DNA from: Alphaproteobacteria bacterium
GTDB taxonomy: Bacteria > Pseudomonadota > Alphaproteobacteria > JAAXGF01
Reading direction: 5' to 3'
Length of the DNA stretch: 64,000 nt
Assembly (NCBI GenBank): GCA_963555825.3
Contig: CAUVXB020000001.1
Location: 352,001 to 416,000 of the forward strand
Part shown: piece after piece, positions 20,730 to 30,756 of the stretch
Layout: each line of letters begins with the position of its first letter
How positions within the stretch are numbered: position 1 is the stretch's first letter
The notes under the pieces: generated by a model
Seen by the model: the letters and a program-made list of their open reading frames with translations, nothing else
Told to the model about the DNA's origin: nothing
The model's database searches: none
Program-made: the position numbers and the translations under genes

Positions 20730-22229
20730 ATGTATCGGGTGGAGTTGTACGCACGGGTTCGGCGGGCGTGTCATGTCGAGGGGATGAGCACCCGCGAGGC
20801 CTCGCGGGTGTTTGGTGTAGACCGCAAGACGGTCCGTAAGATGCTGTCGTTCTCGGTGCCGCCAGGGTATCGCCGAAGCGCGCCGCCGAGGCGGCCAAAG
20901 CTGGGTCCGTTCACGGGAATCATCGATCGGATCTTGGAAGACGATCGGACCAGCCACCGCAAGCAACGGCACACTGCGAAGCGCATCTTCGACCGCCTCC
21001 GGGACGAGTACGGTTTCACGGGCGGCTACACCATCGTGAAGGACTACGTTCGTGAGCAGGGGCTTCGGTCGCGTGAGGTGTTCGTGCCACTCTCCCATTC
21101 CCCCGGTCACGCCCAGGCGGACTTCGGCGAAGCGATGGCGGTGATCGGCGGCGCGTTACGGAAGATCCACTTCCTTGCCTTCGACCTTCCCCACAGTGAT
21201 GGTTGCTTTGTTGCGGCCTATCCGGCGGAGACGACCGAAGCATTCTGCGATGGCCACAACGCGGCGTTTGCCTTCTTCGGCGGCGTCCCCCGATCCATCC
21301 TGTACGACAACACCAAGCTGGCGGTTGCCCGGATCCTGGGCGATGGGAAGCGGCAGCGAACGCGCGTCTTCACGGAGCTTCAGTCCCACTATCTGTTCGA
21401 GGACAGGTTCGGCCGGCCGGGCAAGGGCAACGACAAGGGCAAGGTCGAGGGACTGGTCGGCTTCATCCGGCGGAACTTCCTGGTCCCCGTCCCGCGTGCC
21501 GAGAGCTTCGCGGCCCTCAACGATGCTCTCGCCGAACAGTGCCGCCGGCGCCAGGCGGCGCGGCTGCGGGGCCACAAGGAGACCATCGGCGAGCGTCTCG
21601 AGCGGGATCGTCAAGTTCTCTTGCCATTGCCGCCTGCTCCCTATGATGCCTGCGATAAGCGCCCTGGACGGGCGAGTTCGCTGTCGCTGGTGCGTTACCG
21701 CAGCAACGACTATTCCGTGCCCGTGGCCTACGGCCACCGTGAGGTGCTCATCCGGGGCTACGTCGATGAGGTGGTGATCAGCTGCGGGGCCGAGGTGATC
21801 GCCCGGCACCGCCGGTCCTACGACAGCGAGGACCTGATCTTCGACCCGCTGCATTACCTGCCCTTGATCGAGCAGAAGATCGGCGCCCTCGACCAGGCCG
21901 CGCCATTGGCGGGCTGGGACCTGCCCGAGGCCTTCATCACTCTGCGGCGGCTCCTCGAAGCTCGTATGGGCAAGGCAGGCAAGCGCGAGTACGTCCAGGT
22001 GCTCCGTCTACTGGAGACCTTCCGGCTCGAGGAGGTCGAGGGTGCGGTCGGCGACGCCCTGCGGCTCGGCGCAATCGGCTTTGATGCGGTGAAGCACCTG
22101 GTACTGTGCCGCATCGAGCGGCGGCCGCCCAGGCTCAACCTCGACGTCTATCCGTATCTGCCGCGCGCCCGGGTCGCGATGACGTCCGCCAAGTCGTACA
22201 TGAGCCTGCTGTCGGGGCTCGGCGCATGA
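20730..22229 (+). CDS. istA: IS21 transposase IstA
   Basis: Protein identical to copy 1. Confidence 0.95.
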   Translation: MYRVELYARVRRACHVEGMSTREASRVFGVDRKTVRKMLSFSVPPGYRRSAPPRRPKLGPFTGIIDRILEDDRTSHRKQRHTAKRIFDRLRDEYGFTGGYTIVKDYVREQGLRSREVFVPLSHSPGHAQADFGEAMAVIGGALRKIHFLAFDLPHSDGCFVAAYPAETTEAFCDGHNAAFAFFGGVPRSILYDNTKLAVARILGDGKRQRTRVFTELQSHYLFEDRFGRPGKGNDKGKVEGLVGFIRRNFLVPVPRAESFAALNDALAEQCRRRQAARLRGHKETIGERLERDRQVLLPLPPAPYDACDKRPGRASSLSLVRYRSNDYSVPVAYGHREVLIRGYVDEVVISCGAEVIARHRRSYDSEDLIFDPLHYLPLIEQKIGALDQAAPLAGWDLPEAFITLRRLLEARMGKAGKREYVQVLRLLETFRLEEVEGAVGDALRLGAIGFDAVKHLVLCRIERRPPRLNLDVYPYLPRARVAMTSAKSYMSLLSGLGA

Positions 22230-22990
22230 CCGACACACCGCAAGTGCTGCTCGCCCACCACCTCAAGACGCTGAAGCTGCCGACCTTCCTGCGCGAGTAC
22301 GACAAGATCGCCCGGCAGTGCGCCTCGGAAGGCGTCGATCACGTCCGCTACCTGTTGAGACTCGCCGAGCTCGAGCTGATCGACCGCGAGCGCCGCATGG
22401 TCGAGCGGCGCATCAAGGCGGCGCGCTTCCCCGTGGTCAAGAGCCTCGACAGCTTCGACTTCAAGGTCATCCCCTCGCTCAACAAGGCGCTGGTCCTGGA
22501 GCTGGCCCGCTGCGAGTACATCGAGCGCCGCGAGAACCTCATCGCGCTCGGCAACAGTGGGACCGGCAAGACCCACATCGCCCTCGGTCTCGGCCTGGCG
22601 GCCTGCCAGAAGGGCCTCTCGGTCGGCTTCATCACCGCCGCCGCGCTGGTCCACGAACTCATCGAGGCCCGCGATGACAAGCAGCTGCTGAGGTTCCAGA
22701 AGAAGCTCGCCACCTACAAGCTTCTGATCGTCGACGAACTCGGCTTCGTGCCGCTGTCGAAGACCGGCGCCGAGCTGTTGTTCGAGGTGTTCAGCCAACG
22801 CTACGAGCGGGGCTCGACCCTGGTCACCACCAATCTGCCCTTCGACGAATGGACCGAGGTGTTCGGCTCCGAGCGCCTCACCGGCGCGCTCCTCGATCGC
22901 CTCACCCACCACGTCAACATCCTCGAGATGAACGGTGACAGCTACAGGCTCAACCAGAGCCGCAGGCGTCAAACCCCGACTGCTAACTGA
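22226..22990 (+). CDS. istB: IS21 helper ATPase IstB
   Basis: Protein identical to copy 1. Confidence 0.95.
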   Translation: MTDTPQVLLAHHLKTLKLPTFLREYDKIARQCASEGVDHVRYLLRLAELELIDRERRMVERRIKAARFPVVKSLDSFDFKVIPSLNKALVLELARCEYIERRENLIALGNSGTGKTHIALGLGLAACQKGLSVGFITAAALVHELIEARDDKQLLRFQKKLATYKLLIVDELGFVPLSKTGAELLFEVFSQRYERGSTLVTTNLPFDEWTEVFGSERLTGALLDRLTHHVNILEMNGDSYRLNQSRRRQTPTAN

Positions 22991-23345
22991 ACCGACCACC
23001 CAGCCCACGCTTGACCCCGTGGGCCCACAGGTCCCTCCCGCGCGCGCCGCCGCGTCAGCCTGTTGAGGGCACGCCGCGTCGCGCGCGGGGCCCTCCCGTG
23101 GACTACGGGGACAAGCCCGCAGCCGCCAAGCGGTCCCTTCTTACACCGCCGAGGTGGTCCCTTTTTGCTCCGCCATTGACACCCGACACGCCATTGGGCT
23201 ATTTGCCCCCCCGCCACGCGCGTGCGAAGGCAGCAAATGTGGGCCTCGCCCTTCACAGGGATAGGCTCTCAGAGCGTAACCGCATCTAGTGTCAGGTAAA
23301 TTTCTCATGGATATTACTATCGGGAAGCGGCCCAGAAAAATTTAG

Positions 23346-24065
23346 GGGGCTGTCCTAGCTAAGCGGCATGCTTAGGCTAGGATGGCGGGATGTACGAGAG
23401 GAAAAGCCGGCTCAGTGATTGGAAGCGCGGTCGTCTGATTGAGCACTTCGTTGCGGGTACGACGGCTCGGGCAGCAGCCGAACTGGTTGGCGTCCACCGG
23501 AACACGGCGGCCTCGTTTTATACTCGGCTTCGCAAGGTGATTGCCGAGGAAATGGAGAAGGCCTCGCCTTTTGCCGGAGAGATCGAGGTTGATGAGAGTT
23601 ATTTTGGCGGCCGCCGCAAAGGCAAGCGGGGTCGAGGCGCTGGCGGAAAAGTCCCGGTTTTCGGGCTTTTGAAGCGAGGTGGGAAGGTCTACACGGCGAT
23701 GATTCCCAATGCCCGGACTGCCACGTTGATGCCGATTATGGAGCGTATGATCCGGCCTGACAGCATCGTCTATACGGACGGCTTTTCGAGCTATGATGCC
23801 CTGGACGTTTCGGACTTCCACCATGTTCGGATCAATCACTCGGAGCGGTTCGTCGACGAGCGGAGCCATATCAACGGGATCGAGAACTTCTGGAACCAGG
23901 CGAAGCGGCATTTACGGCGCTTCAATGGCGTCCCGAAACAGAGCTTTCACCTGTTCCTCAAGGAGTGCGAATGGCGGTTCAACGGAGGTGACCACCGAGA
24001 ACTGCTTAACCAATTGAAGACATGGATTATTTTGAGACAGAAACGCCCTTAGCTAGGACAGCCCG
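23346..24065 (+). mobile_element. IS1595-family element, copy 2
   Basis: Terminal IRs; 8-bp TSD AAATTTAG. Confidence 0.96.
23390..24052 (+). CDS. IS1595-family transposase
   Basis: Identical to 974-1636. Confidence 0.95.
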   Translation: MYERKSRLSDWKRGRLIEHFVAGTTARAAAELVGVHRNTAASFYTRLRKVIAEEMEKASPFAGEIEVDESYFGGRRKGKRGRGAGGKVPVFGLLKRGGKVYTAMIPNARTATLMPIMERMIRPDSIVYTDGFSSYDALDVSDFHHVRINHSERFVDERSHINGIENFWNQAKRHLRRFNGVPKQSFHLFLKECEWRFNGGDHRELLNQLKTWIILRQKRP

Positions 24066-24189
24066 AAATTTAGCGTCTCTCCACGAGTTGAAAGTGGCGA
24101 CTATGACGCGAGGCACATGGTAAGCGCATAACATGCCATATGGATAGTTTGCGTCTTGCTCATCGTGACAGATAGCCTTCGCTTATACC

Positions 24190-24398
24190 GGGCACGCGAA
24201 CCGTCTCGTGGCAGATGTCAATGCCGCGCTCATGGAGCAGGTCCTCGACTTGCCGCAATGATAGGGGGAAACGGACATACATCATTACGGCAATGCGGAT
24301 AACCGGGGTGAAGTCTTGAAGTATCTGAACGGATTTCTCATCCACAGACGCTACGAAATGCGCCTCACCGCCTCAAGCAATTTTGCTCTGACATCGCC
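24190..24398 (-). pseudogene. IS6-family remnant (left IR and transposase N-terminus)
   Basis: GGCGATGTCAGAGCAAA IR; IRIAVMMYVRFPLSLRQVEDLLHERGIDICHETVR. Confidence 0.85.
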
Positions 24399-24487
24399 AT
24401 TCCGTCCGTTACGAGGTTTTCAGGAGGGACAACCGGCGGAATTCGATCCAGCCGTCAACCCTTCTTTGTAAGCCCCAAGACAATACG

Positions 24488-25846
24488 GTGCGGCAGTGCG
24501 AGCGTGGCTGGAAAATGGCTACGATCGAGAGCCGTCCCTCTGTTGTACGGGATGCTTACGTTACACTGGCCGATGCGGGTTTGAGCCGTGGCGAACAGAA
24601 CGTCCACGGTTTGCGTGAACTCCTAAACGATGATGCGCTCGCGCCGTTTCGCCGGGAGATCGCTTTTCGGTTTCTGAGCGCCTACCCGAATGCTTCGCCG
24701 TACCGCTTGCAGGAACTGCTGGAAAGCGCTTCCGGGATTGTGGACGCGCGAGGGGAACTGATTTCAATCGCACGCGATATTCTCCACGGTACGATTCCTA
24801 TTGACGAGGGCAATCACGACCAATGGTTGATAACCGCTTATTTTGCCTCGCCACAGGAATTTCAGGACTCTGTTGCATCGCGAGCAGCGGCAGGGCCGGA
24901 GATCGTGTGGTTGATGCGCGACATGACGGGCTACAGAAGAAGCGAGTCGGAACAGGCGCCGGCCTTGAGCATCGGGCAGCTTGAATTTGGTGCGGGCATT
25001 GCTGCTCAGCATTTTCCGAACGCTTCACATCCAAGCGGCGGTTGGTCGGGTGACCGCAATGCATGGGACGATGCTGAATTTGTCGGCAACCTAGTCAACC
25101 AGATTTCCGCCGATCCAACGGAGGCAGCAACATCGGCGCTGTCACGTCTCGAATCCGACAACCGACTCGCCACCTATCGCGACCAAATCAAACACGCGCT
25201 TGCCAGCCAGCAGACGCGGCGGCGAGAATCAGAATTTTTGCATCCAAACTGGGAGCAGACCGTCGCGGCGCTTTCAAACGGCGCACCCGCGAATGTGGCC
25301 GATCTGCATGCGATTTTGATGGTCAACCTCAAGGACAACAGGACGCGTATCGCTTCCGCGAATAACGACATCTACAAACGCTTTTGGAATGAAGACAGCT
25401 ACGGCAGAGTCGAAAATCCAAAATCCGAAGAAAGCTGCTGCAACGTGTTGATCGATTTTCTACGGGCGAGTTTTCAGCCTCTCGGCGTTATCGTAGAACC
25501 GGAAGGCCACATGGCGGCGGACAGGCGCGCCGATATTTCCGTGTCTCTTCCCGGTCAGAAGATTCCCGTTGAACTCAAGCGCGACTATCATGCCGACGTC
25601 TGGAGTGCGGCGGAAACGCAACTTGACCGATTCTACACGCGTGATCCGGAAGCCTCTGGCTTTGGCGTCTACGGCGTTTTTTGGTTCGGTAACAAGAGGC
25701 CTCGAACGATACCCCAGGTTTCCGACGGACAACCCCCTCCGCGATCAGCTGCGGAAATGGAAAACATGCTTCGCGCGCTGATCCCGCATGACAAGCGCGC
25801 GCGAATCGCGGTCCTTGTGATCGATGTTTCTGGTGAGGTGAACTAG
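24488..25846 (+). CDS. Helical protein with a C-terminal PD-(D/E)xK nuclease-like domain, probably a 5'-truncated defence (NACHT/STAND-type) gene
   Basis: E..RRADI...IPVELK motif; lower GC; no clear start or SD, begins right after an IS6 remnant. Confidence 0.55.
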   Translation: MRQCERGWKMATIESRPSVVRDAYVTLADAGLSRGEQNVHGLRELLNDDALAPFRREIAFRFLSAYPNASPYRLQELLESASGIVDARGELISIARDILHGTIPIDEGNHDQWLITAYFASPQEFQDSVASRAAAGPEIVWLMRDMTGYRRSESEQAPALSIGQLEFGAGIAAQHFPNASHPSGGWSGDRNAWDDAEFVGNLVNQISADPTEAATSALSRLESDNRLATYRDQIKHALASQQTRRRESEFLHPNWEQTVAALSNGAPANVADLHAILMVNLKDNRTRIASANNDIYKRFWNEDSYGRVENPKSEESCCNVLIDFLRASFQPLGVIVEPEGHMAADRRADISVSLPGQKIPVELKRDYHADVWSAAETQLDRFYTRDPEASGFGVYGVFWFGNKRPRTIPQVSDGQPPPRSAAEMENMLRALIPHDKRARIAVLVIDVSGEVN

Positions 25847-26137
25847 GACGGAAGTGTGGGTTTCGGCACAATCGCAATTCATAGATGTATTTCTCACCGC
25901 GCAAGTTGTACCAACGGCCTGTCTGCATCCGTCAATAGTTCTCGGACATTCGCCTTTGATGGACAGTGTCACGCATTCGGGCAACAGGCGGCGTCCGAGG
26001 ACCCTTAAGATACTGACGTACGATTGAGCGCGGCGCTGGTTGACAGGCTATCGGGCCGGGCGGATAGTGTCCGGCTTTCGCGGCGGGCCGAGCCGCGTCA
26101 GTTGCCGTTTTGCCGATCAGATTTTGGGGGACCTGTC

Positions 26138-27325
26138 GTGATCTCTGCCGTGATGCCGACCTACGCGCGCTCCGATATCACCTTCGAGCGGGGCGAGGGG
26201 GCCTATCTCTACGCCGACGACGGCCGACGCTATCTCGATTTCTCGTCGGGCATCGCGGTGACCGCACTGGGCCATAGCCACCCGCATCTGGTCGCCGCGC
26301 TCAAGGCGCAGGCGGAGAAGCTGTGGCACGTCGCCAACCTCTACCAGATCCCCGAGCAGGAACGCCTGGCCGAGCGTCTGGTCGCCAACAGCTTCGCCGA
26401 TACGGTATTCTTCAACAACGCGGGCGCCGAGGCGCTCGAGTGCGGCATCAAACTGGTGCGCAAGTATCAGCACGAGACCGGCCATCCCGAGCGCTACCGC
26501 ATGATTTGCTGCGAGGGCGCCTTTCACGGCCGCACGCTGGCGACCATCGCGGCGGGCGGGCAGGAGAAGCACCTGGCCGGCTTCGGTCCGCCGATGGACG
26601 GCTTCGACCACGTGCCTTTCGGCAACCTCAACGAGATGCGCGCCGCGGTCACGGCCGAGACCGCCGGCATCCTGATCGAGCCGATACAGGGCGAGAGCGG
26701 CATCCGACCCGCCGACGCCGATTACATGCGTGGCCTGCGCGTGGCCGCCGACGAGTTCGGCCTGTTGCTGTTCTTCGACGAGGTCCAGTGCGGCATGGGC
26801 CGCACCGGCAAGCTGTTTGCCCACGAATGGTCGGGCGTCACGCCCGACGTGCTGGCGACCGCCAAGGCGCTCGGCGGCGGCTTTCCGGTCGCCGCGTGCA
26901 TGGCGACCGAAAACGCGGCGCAGGGCATGGGCGTCGGCAGCCACGGCTCGACCTTCGGCGGCAATCCGCTCGCCATGGCGGTCGCCAACGCGGTCCTCGA
27001 CGTCATGCTCGCCGACGGCTTCCTCGACAACGTCGTGGCGATGGGCGGGGCGCTCGCGCGCGGCCTCGAGACCATCGTCGCCACCCACCCGGGCATCGCC
27101 GAGGAGGTCCGTGGCAGCGGCCTGCTGCGTGGCATCAAGCTTGCGAGCGACAGCCGCGAGATGGTCTCGACGCTGCGCGACAACGGGCTGTTGACCGTCG
27201 CGGCGGGGGACAACGTCATCCGCATGCTGCCGCCGCTGATCGTCGAACAGGCGCAGATCGACGAGGCGATGGCGATCATCGACCGCACTTTCGCCGACGC
27301 CGCGTCGGCCGCGGCCGCGTCATGA
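26138..27325 (+). CDS. argD: Acetylornithine aminotransferase (class III PLP)
   Basis: [49 protein letters not shown]; next to argF. Confidence 0.93.
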   Translation: MISAVMPTYARSDITFERGEGAYLYADDGRRYLDFSSGIAVTALGHSHPHLVAALKAQAEKLWHVANLYQIPEQERLAERLVANSFADTVFFNNAGAEALECGIKLVRKYQHETGHPERYRMICCEGAFHGRTLATIAAGGQEKHLAGFGPPMDGFDHVPFGNLNEMRAAVTAETAGILIEPIQGESGIRPADADYMRGLRVAADEFGLLLFFDEVQCGMGRTGKLFAHEWSGVTPDVLATAKALGGGFPVAACMATENAAQGMGVGSHGSTFGGNPLAMAVANAVLDVMLADGFLDNVVAMGGALARGLETIVATHPGIAEEVRGSGLLRGIKLASDSREMVSTLRDNGLLTVAAGDNVIRMLPPLIVEQAQIDEAMAIIDRTFADAASAAAAS

Positions 27326-28233
27326 GCCCGCCGCGCCACTTCCTCGACCTCGACATGGTCGACGCGGAGGGCCTGCGCGAGATCCACGACCTCGGCATCC
27401 GCCTCAAACAGCAGTTGAAGGCGGGCGATCCGGTGCTGCCGCTGGCCGGCAAGACGCTGGCGATGATCTTCGAGGCGCCGTCGACGCGCACCCGGGTCTC
27501 GTTCGAGGTCGGCATGCGCCAGCTCGGCGGCCAGACCGTTATGCTGTCGCCGGTCGACACGCATCTCGGCCGCGGCGAGACGATCGCCGACACCGCGCGC
27601 GTGCTGTCGCGCTACGTCGACATCATCATGATCCGCACGACCGAGCATTCGAAGCTCATGGAGCTCGCCGAACACGCCAGCGTGCCGGTGATCAACGGCC
27701 TGACCGACCGCACCCATCCGTGCCAATTGATGGCCGACATCCTGACGTTCGAGGAGCACCGCGGCCCGATCTCCGGGCACACGATCAGCTGGGTCGGCGA
27801 CGGCAACAACATGGCGGTGTCGTGGACCCACGCCGCGGCGCGCTTCGGCTTCACGCTAAAGATCGCCTGTCCCGAGGCGCTCCGGTTGTCCGACGAGGTG
27901 CTCGCCTGGGCCCGCGACAACGGCGGCGAGATCATCGTCTGCGACGACATCGAGAGCGCCGTCGCGGATACCGACTGCGTCGTCGCCGACACCTGGGTGT
28001 CGATGAGCACCGAGCGCGGCGACATCAACGAGCAGATGCTCGGCCCCTACCGCGTCGACGACCGGGTCATGGCGCTCGCCAAGCCCGACGCCATCTTCAT
28101 GCACTGTCTGCCGGCCTACCGCGGCAAGGAGGTGACCGCATCGGTCATCGACGGCCCGCAGTCGGTCGTCTGGGACGAGGCCGAGAACCGCCTGCATGCC
28201 CAGAAAGGCATCCTCATGTGGTGCCTTAGCTGA
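27322..28233 (+). CDS. argF: Ornithine carbamoyltransferase
   Basis: [19 protein letters not shown] and [10 protein letters not shown] motifs. Confidence 0.96.
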   Translation: MSPPRHFLDLDMVDAEGLREIHDLGIRLKQQLKAGDPVLPLAGKTLAMIFEAPSTRTRVSFEVGMRQLGGQTVMLSPVDTHLGRGETIADTARVLSRYVDIIMIRTTEHSKLMELAEHASVPVINGLTDRTHPCQLMADILTFEEHRGPISGHTISWVGDGNNMAVSWTHAAARFGFTLKIACPEALRLSDEVLAWARDNGGEIIVCDDIESAVADTDCVVADTWVSMSTERGDINEQMLGPYRVDDRVMALAKPDAIFMHCLPAYRGKEVTASVIDGPQSVVWDEAENRLHAQKGILMWCLS

Positions 28234-28234
28234 A

Positions 28235-28398
28235 CTAGAGCAAAGTCCGCGATCGGCATTGGCTGGAATCTATCAGCCCGCGCCAACCTTATTGGGACAA
28301 GAGGCGGTCCGCCGACCGTTCGGCCGGCTTTGATTCCATACGATTGGTGTGCGCGGCGATTGAGCGCAGGTCGTCAACGATGACCGGAAATCGAGTAA
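28235..28398 (+). repeat. ~170-bp structured dispersed repeat, copy A
   Basis: Shares GCGCCAAYCTWATTGGGACAAGAGG and GCGCGGCGATTGAGCGCAGGTC blocks with 33658-33831 and 63054-63230. Confidence 0.85.
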
Positions 28399-28564
28399 GG
28401 GTTCATCCTAATTGTACCGAACGACCAAGGCTGCTAAAATCGGCACGTCATGACAACGCAGGTTCTCTTCCTTGCTGCGATTTCGCGGCGAATTACCGAC
28501 CCGGTCCTCTCGAGGAACCGGGACGCCGTTCGTCGTTTCATCGCTGCAAAGGAGCCTGCGACCA

Positions 28565-28843
28565 ATGTTATCTGACCAATCCGCCACATCCTGTTTCTCG
28601 GTCTACGCGCCGTCGGACCCGGCGATGCTGCCGCGCGTCCTTGGCGTCTTCGCGCGCCAGGACGTCGTGCCCAGCCGCGTCGTCGCGGCGCCGAGCGAGC
28701 GCCACCCTGGCGAACTCAGCATCGACCTCCAGGTCGAGGGCATGGGCATCGCCAAGCGCGAGTACATCGCCGCGCGTCTGCGCAATCTGGTCGACGTCAC
28801 GCTGGTGCTGACCTCGGAGAAGGCGCACTACCGGGCCGCCTGA
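28565..28843 (+). CDS. Small stand-alone ACT-like domain protein
   Basis: F.V.A..DP..LPRVLGVFA...L.IDLQV pattern; GGAG SD. Confidence 0.7.
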   Translation: MLSDQSATSCFSVYAPSDPAMLPRVLGVFARQDVVPSRVVAAPSERHPGELSIDLQVEGMGIAKREYIAARLRNLVDVTLVLTSEKAHYRAA

Positions 28844-29016
28844 GGCGCGCCGCCGCCGGTCGCGTCGCGGCGTCGCGCCGGACGCGCGCCGGTAGTGTCT
28901 CAGTTTGAAATTCAGCCGAAACAACGCCCGGAACGTCGGCTTTTTCAGCGGATCATGTCTGCGCTGGGCGCGACAGCGGACCTTGGCGCGTGGTCATCGG
29001 CGCAGCCGCTTTTGAC

Positions 29017-29179
29017 CGATACTGTTGATAAAGTCAGGGAAAAGCGGATTCGAGACGAAATTGGCTATCATCGTCGAATTCATAAATTTCTAAGTCATTG
29101 ATTTTCTTGAAACCGCATATTTGTTGGCTCCTACAAAATCACGATTTCCGCCTCTCAAAATAGCTTATCAACAGTATCG
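29017..29179. mobile_element. MITE or internally deleted IS (IS1182/IS5-like ends)
   Basis: Perfect 15-bp IRs CGATACTGTTGATAA / TTATCAACAGTATCG around an AT-rich non-coding core. Confidence 0.75.
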
Positions 29180-29214
29180 ACCCTTAGCCGACCAAGAAGC
29201 TTTTGCGGAGCAGC

Positions 29215-29760
29215 TCAATCTGTAATTGGACCGCTGCCGACGCGGGGATGGGGTCGTCCGCCGTCCGCAACTGCCATGCACAGTACGATTTCGTCGGGAC
29301 GAGGCGCATCGGCGACCATGACGGTCACGGTGTCGAAATGGTCGAACGACCAAGCTTCATCTTTGTGCCCGAGCGGTAGGTCGATAGGAACGCCGGCGGC
29401 CGCAACCTTTGCATTCGAGGGAATCAATGACTTGCCGCCACCGACTGCTGTACGCATGGGTTTGCCAAGTTTCGGGTGGATCATCGCTCCCCCGTGCTCC
29501 AAATCGCCGGCAATTCCGACGATGGCTGCCTTGCCGTAGCTGACTGGCGGGCCAACAAGCATTCCTACGGCGTCGCCCATTAGTCGCTCGCCAAGTTGGC
29601 CGCCGATGTCGAATAGAGGCGATAAATCCTCGACGAAGCGCCCGGCGAAAGGATTTCGGATCACGGCAACAGCAACGACCCGAGTTATTGGATTGCAGGC
29701 CTCGCCAACGGCGTCCGCTTCTATGGTCTCCTTGATGATCACGGTCTTGCGAATGTCCAT
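29215..29760 (-). CDS. Amino acid synthesis family protein (DUF1185)
   Basis: AVIRNPFAGRFVEDL, YGKAAIVG..G.LEHG, DAPRPDEI motifs. Confidence 0.88.
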   Translation of the reverse strand: MDIRKTVIIKETIEADAVGEACNPITRVVAVAVIRNPFAGRFVEDLSPLFDIGGQLGERLMGDAVGMLVGPPVSYGKAAIVGIAGDLEHGGAMIHPKLGKPMRTAVGGGKSLIPSNAKVAAAGVPIDLPLGHKDEAWSFDHFDTVTVMVADAPRPDEIVLCMAVADGGRPHPRVGSGPITD

Positions 29761-30156
29761 TGTAGCCGCCCCCCTGTGCCAACCTTTTACCGGCTTCGTC
29801 TAGATACTCTCGGACATGCAGGGCATCATATCGGTCCCAACGGCCCAAAGCCAACTGGACAGGCCCCCGCTTGATTGAATGGTGTGGACGGCCGCCACCA
29901 CCGGCATCGTGATTCGCGAAAATTCGGATTCTGTTCGAAGGGCTGCCAATGTCCGGGTATGGCTCCACCCGGACTCAATGGCCGCACCGGAACGATGACC
30001 GCTTTCGGGCGATTGGCCGACATGCGGCGCCGTTTCTTGCTTTTGAGCCACGTCAAATTTCAGACTGAGACACGACTCGTGCGCTGCGTCGCTTGCCAGC
30101 CGACCGGCGCTGCGCGATGATGGCGCCGCGTCGTGACCAGGCAGGGGCGTTCGTCG

Positions 30157-30756
30157 ATGAAGTTGTCGTATTCCACCGTTTCACGGTGCGTCGTCGTTGC
30201 CGCGCTGGCCGTCATGGTCGCGGCCTGCGAGGCGACCACCGTTCAGCCGCACTACCCGACGATCACCTTCAGCCACTTGGCGCCGGTCAATCTCGACGTC
30301 GCCACGGTCGAGTATGTCGATCGATACGTCCCGCCGCAGCAAGCGCCCAATGTCGATCATCTGTTCCCGGTGCCGCCGTCGACCGTCGCTGCGCGCTGGG
30401 CGCAAGACCGTCTGCTTGCGACCGGGGTGACGCGGCGCGCGCGCGTCGTTCTGGTCACCGCCTCGGTGACCGAGACGCCGCTCGCCAAGACAACGGGTCT
30501 GACCGGCACCTTCACGATCGATCAGGTGGCGCGCTACGACGCGACCGCCGAGATGCGCGTCGAGATCGTCACCGACTCAGGCGTGGTCGAGGGCCGGGCG
30601 AATGCCATCGCGACACGGTCGCGCACGGTGCCCGAGGATATCACGCTCAACCAGCGCGACCAGATTTGGTACGAGATGGCCGAGGCCCTGATGCGCGACC
30701 TGGACGGCCAGCTGACAAAGAACATCCGGCTTCATCTAGGACGCTGGGTGCGGTAG
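30157..30756 (+). CDS. Hypothetical lipoprotein
   Basis: Signal peptide with lipobox VAAC. Confidence 0.75.
   Translation: MKLSYSTVSRCVVVAALAVMVAACEATTVQPHYPTITFSHLAPVNLDVATVEYVDRYVPPQQAPNVDHLFPVPPSTVAARWAQDRLLATGVTRRARVVLVTASVTETPLAKTTGLTGTFTIDQVARYDATAEMRVEIVTDSGVVEGRANAIATRSRTVPEDITLNQRDQIWYEMAEALMRDLDGQLTKNIRLHLGRWVR

Larger units (their letters stand above)
20612..23181 (+). mobile_element. IS21-family element, copy 2
   Basis: Same element as 5284-7853; flanks AGTGGG / CCCGAC are not duplicated. Confidence 0.95.
13744..25900. mobile_element. Decayed integrative island with a large serine recombinase at tRNA-Ser (right boundary approximate)
   Basis: Recombinase, DUF2924, DUF3489, DUF5681, ParB-MTase, XRE and nuclease genes lie between the tRNA and argD. 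Confidence 0.75.

Noticed and set aside
24421-24470. Possible distal att site of the tRNA-Ser island
   Set aside because: Only vague similarity to the tRNA T-arm; no convincing direct repeat
26323-27321. Long N-terminal extension of argF (636-aa ORF) and the similar 858-aa extension of HD-GYP
   Set aside because: Alternate-frame run-through over argD or the cyclase gene in high-GC DNA; Arg/Gly/Pro-rich nonsense sequence
29800-30120. Short ORFs between DUF1185 and the lipoprotein gene
   Set aside because: No recognisable motifs; the region contains degenerate REP-like sequence
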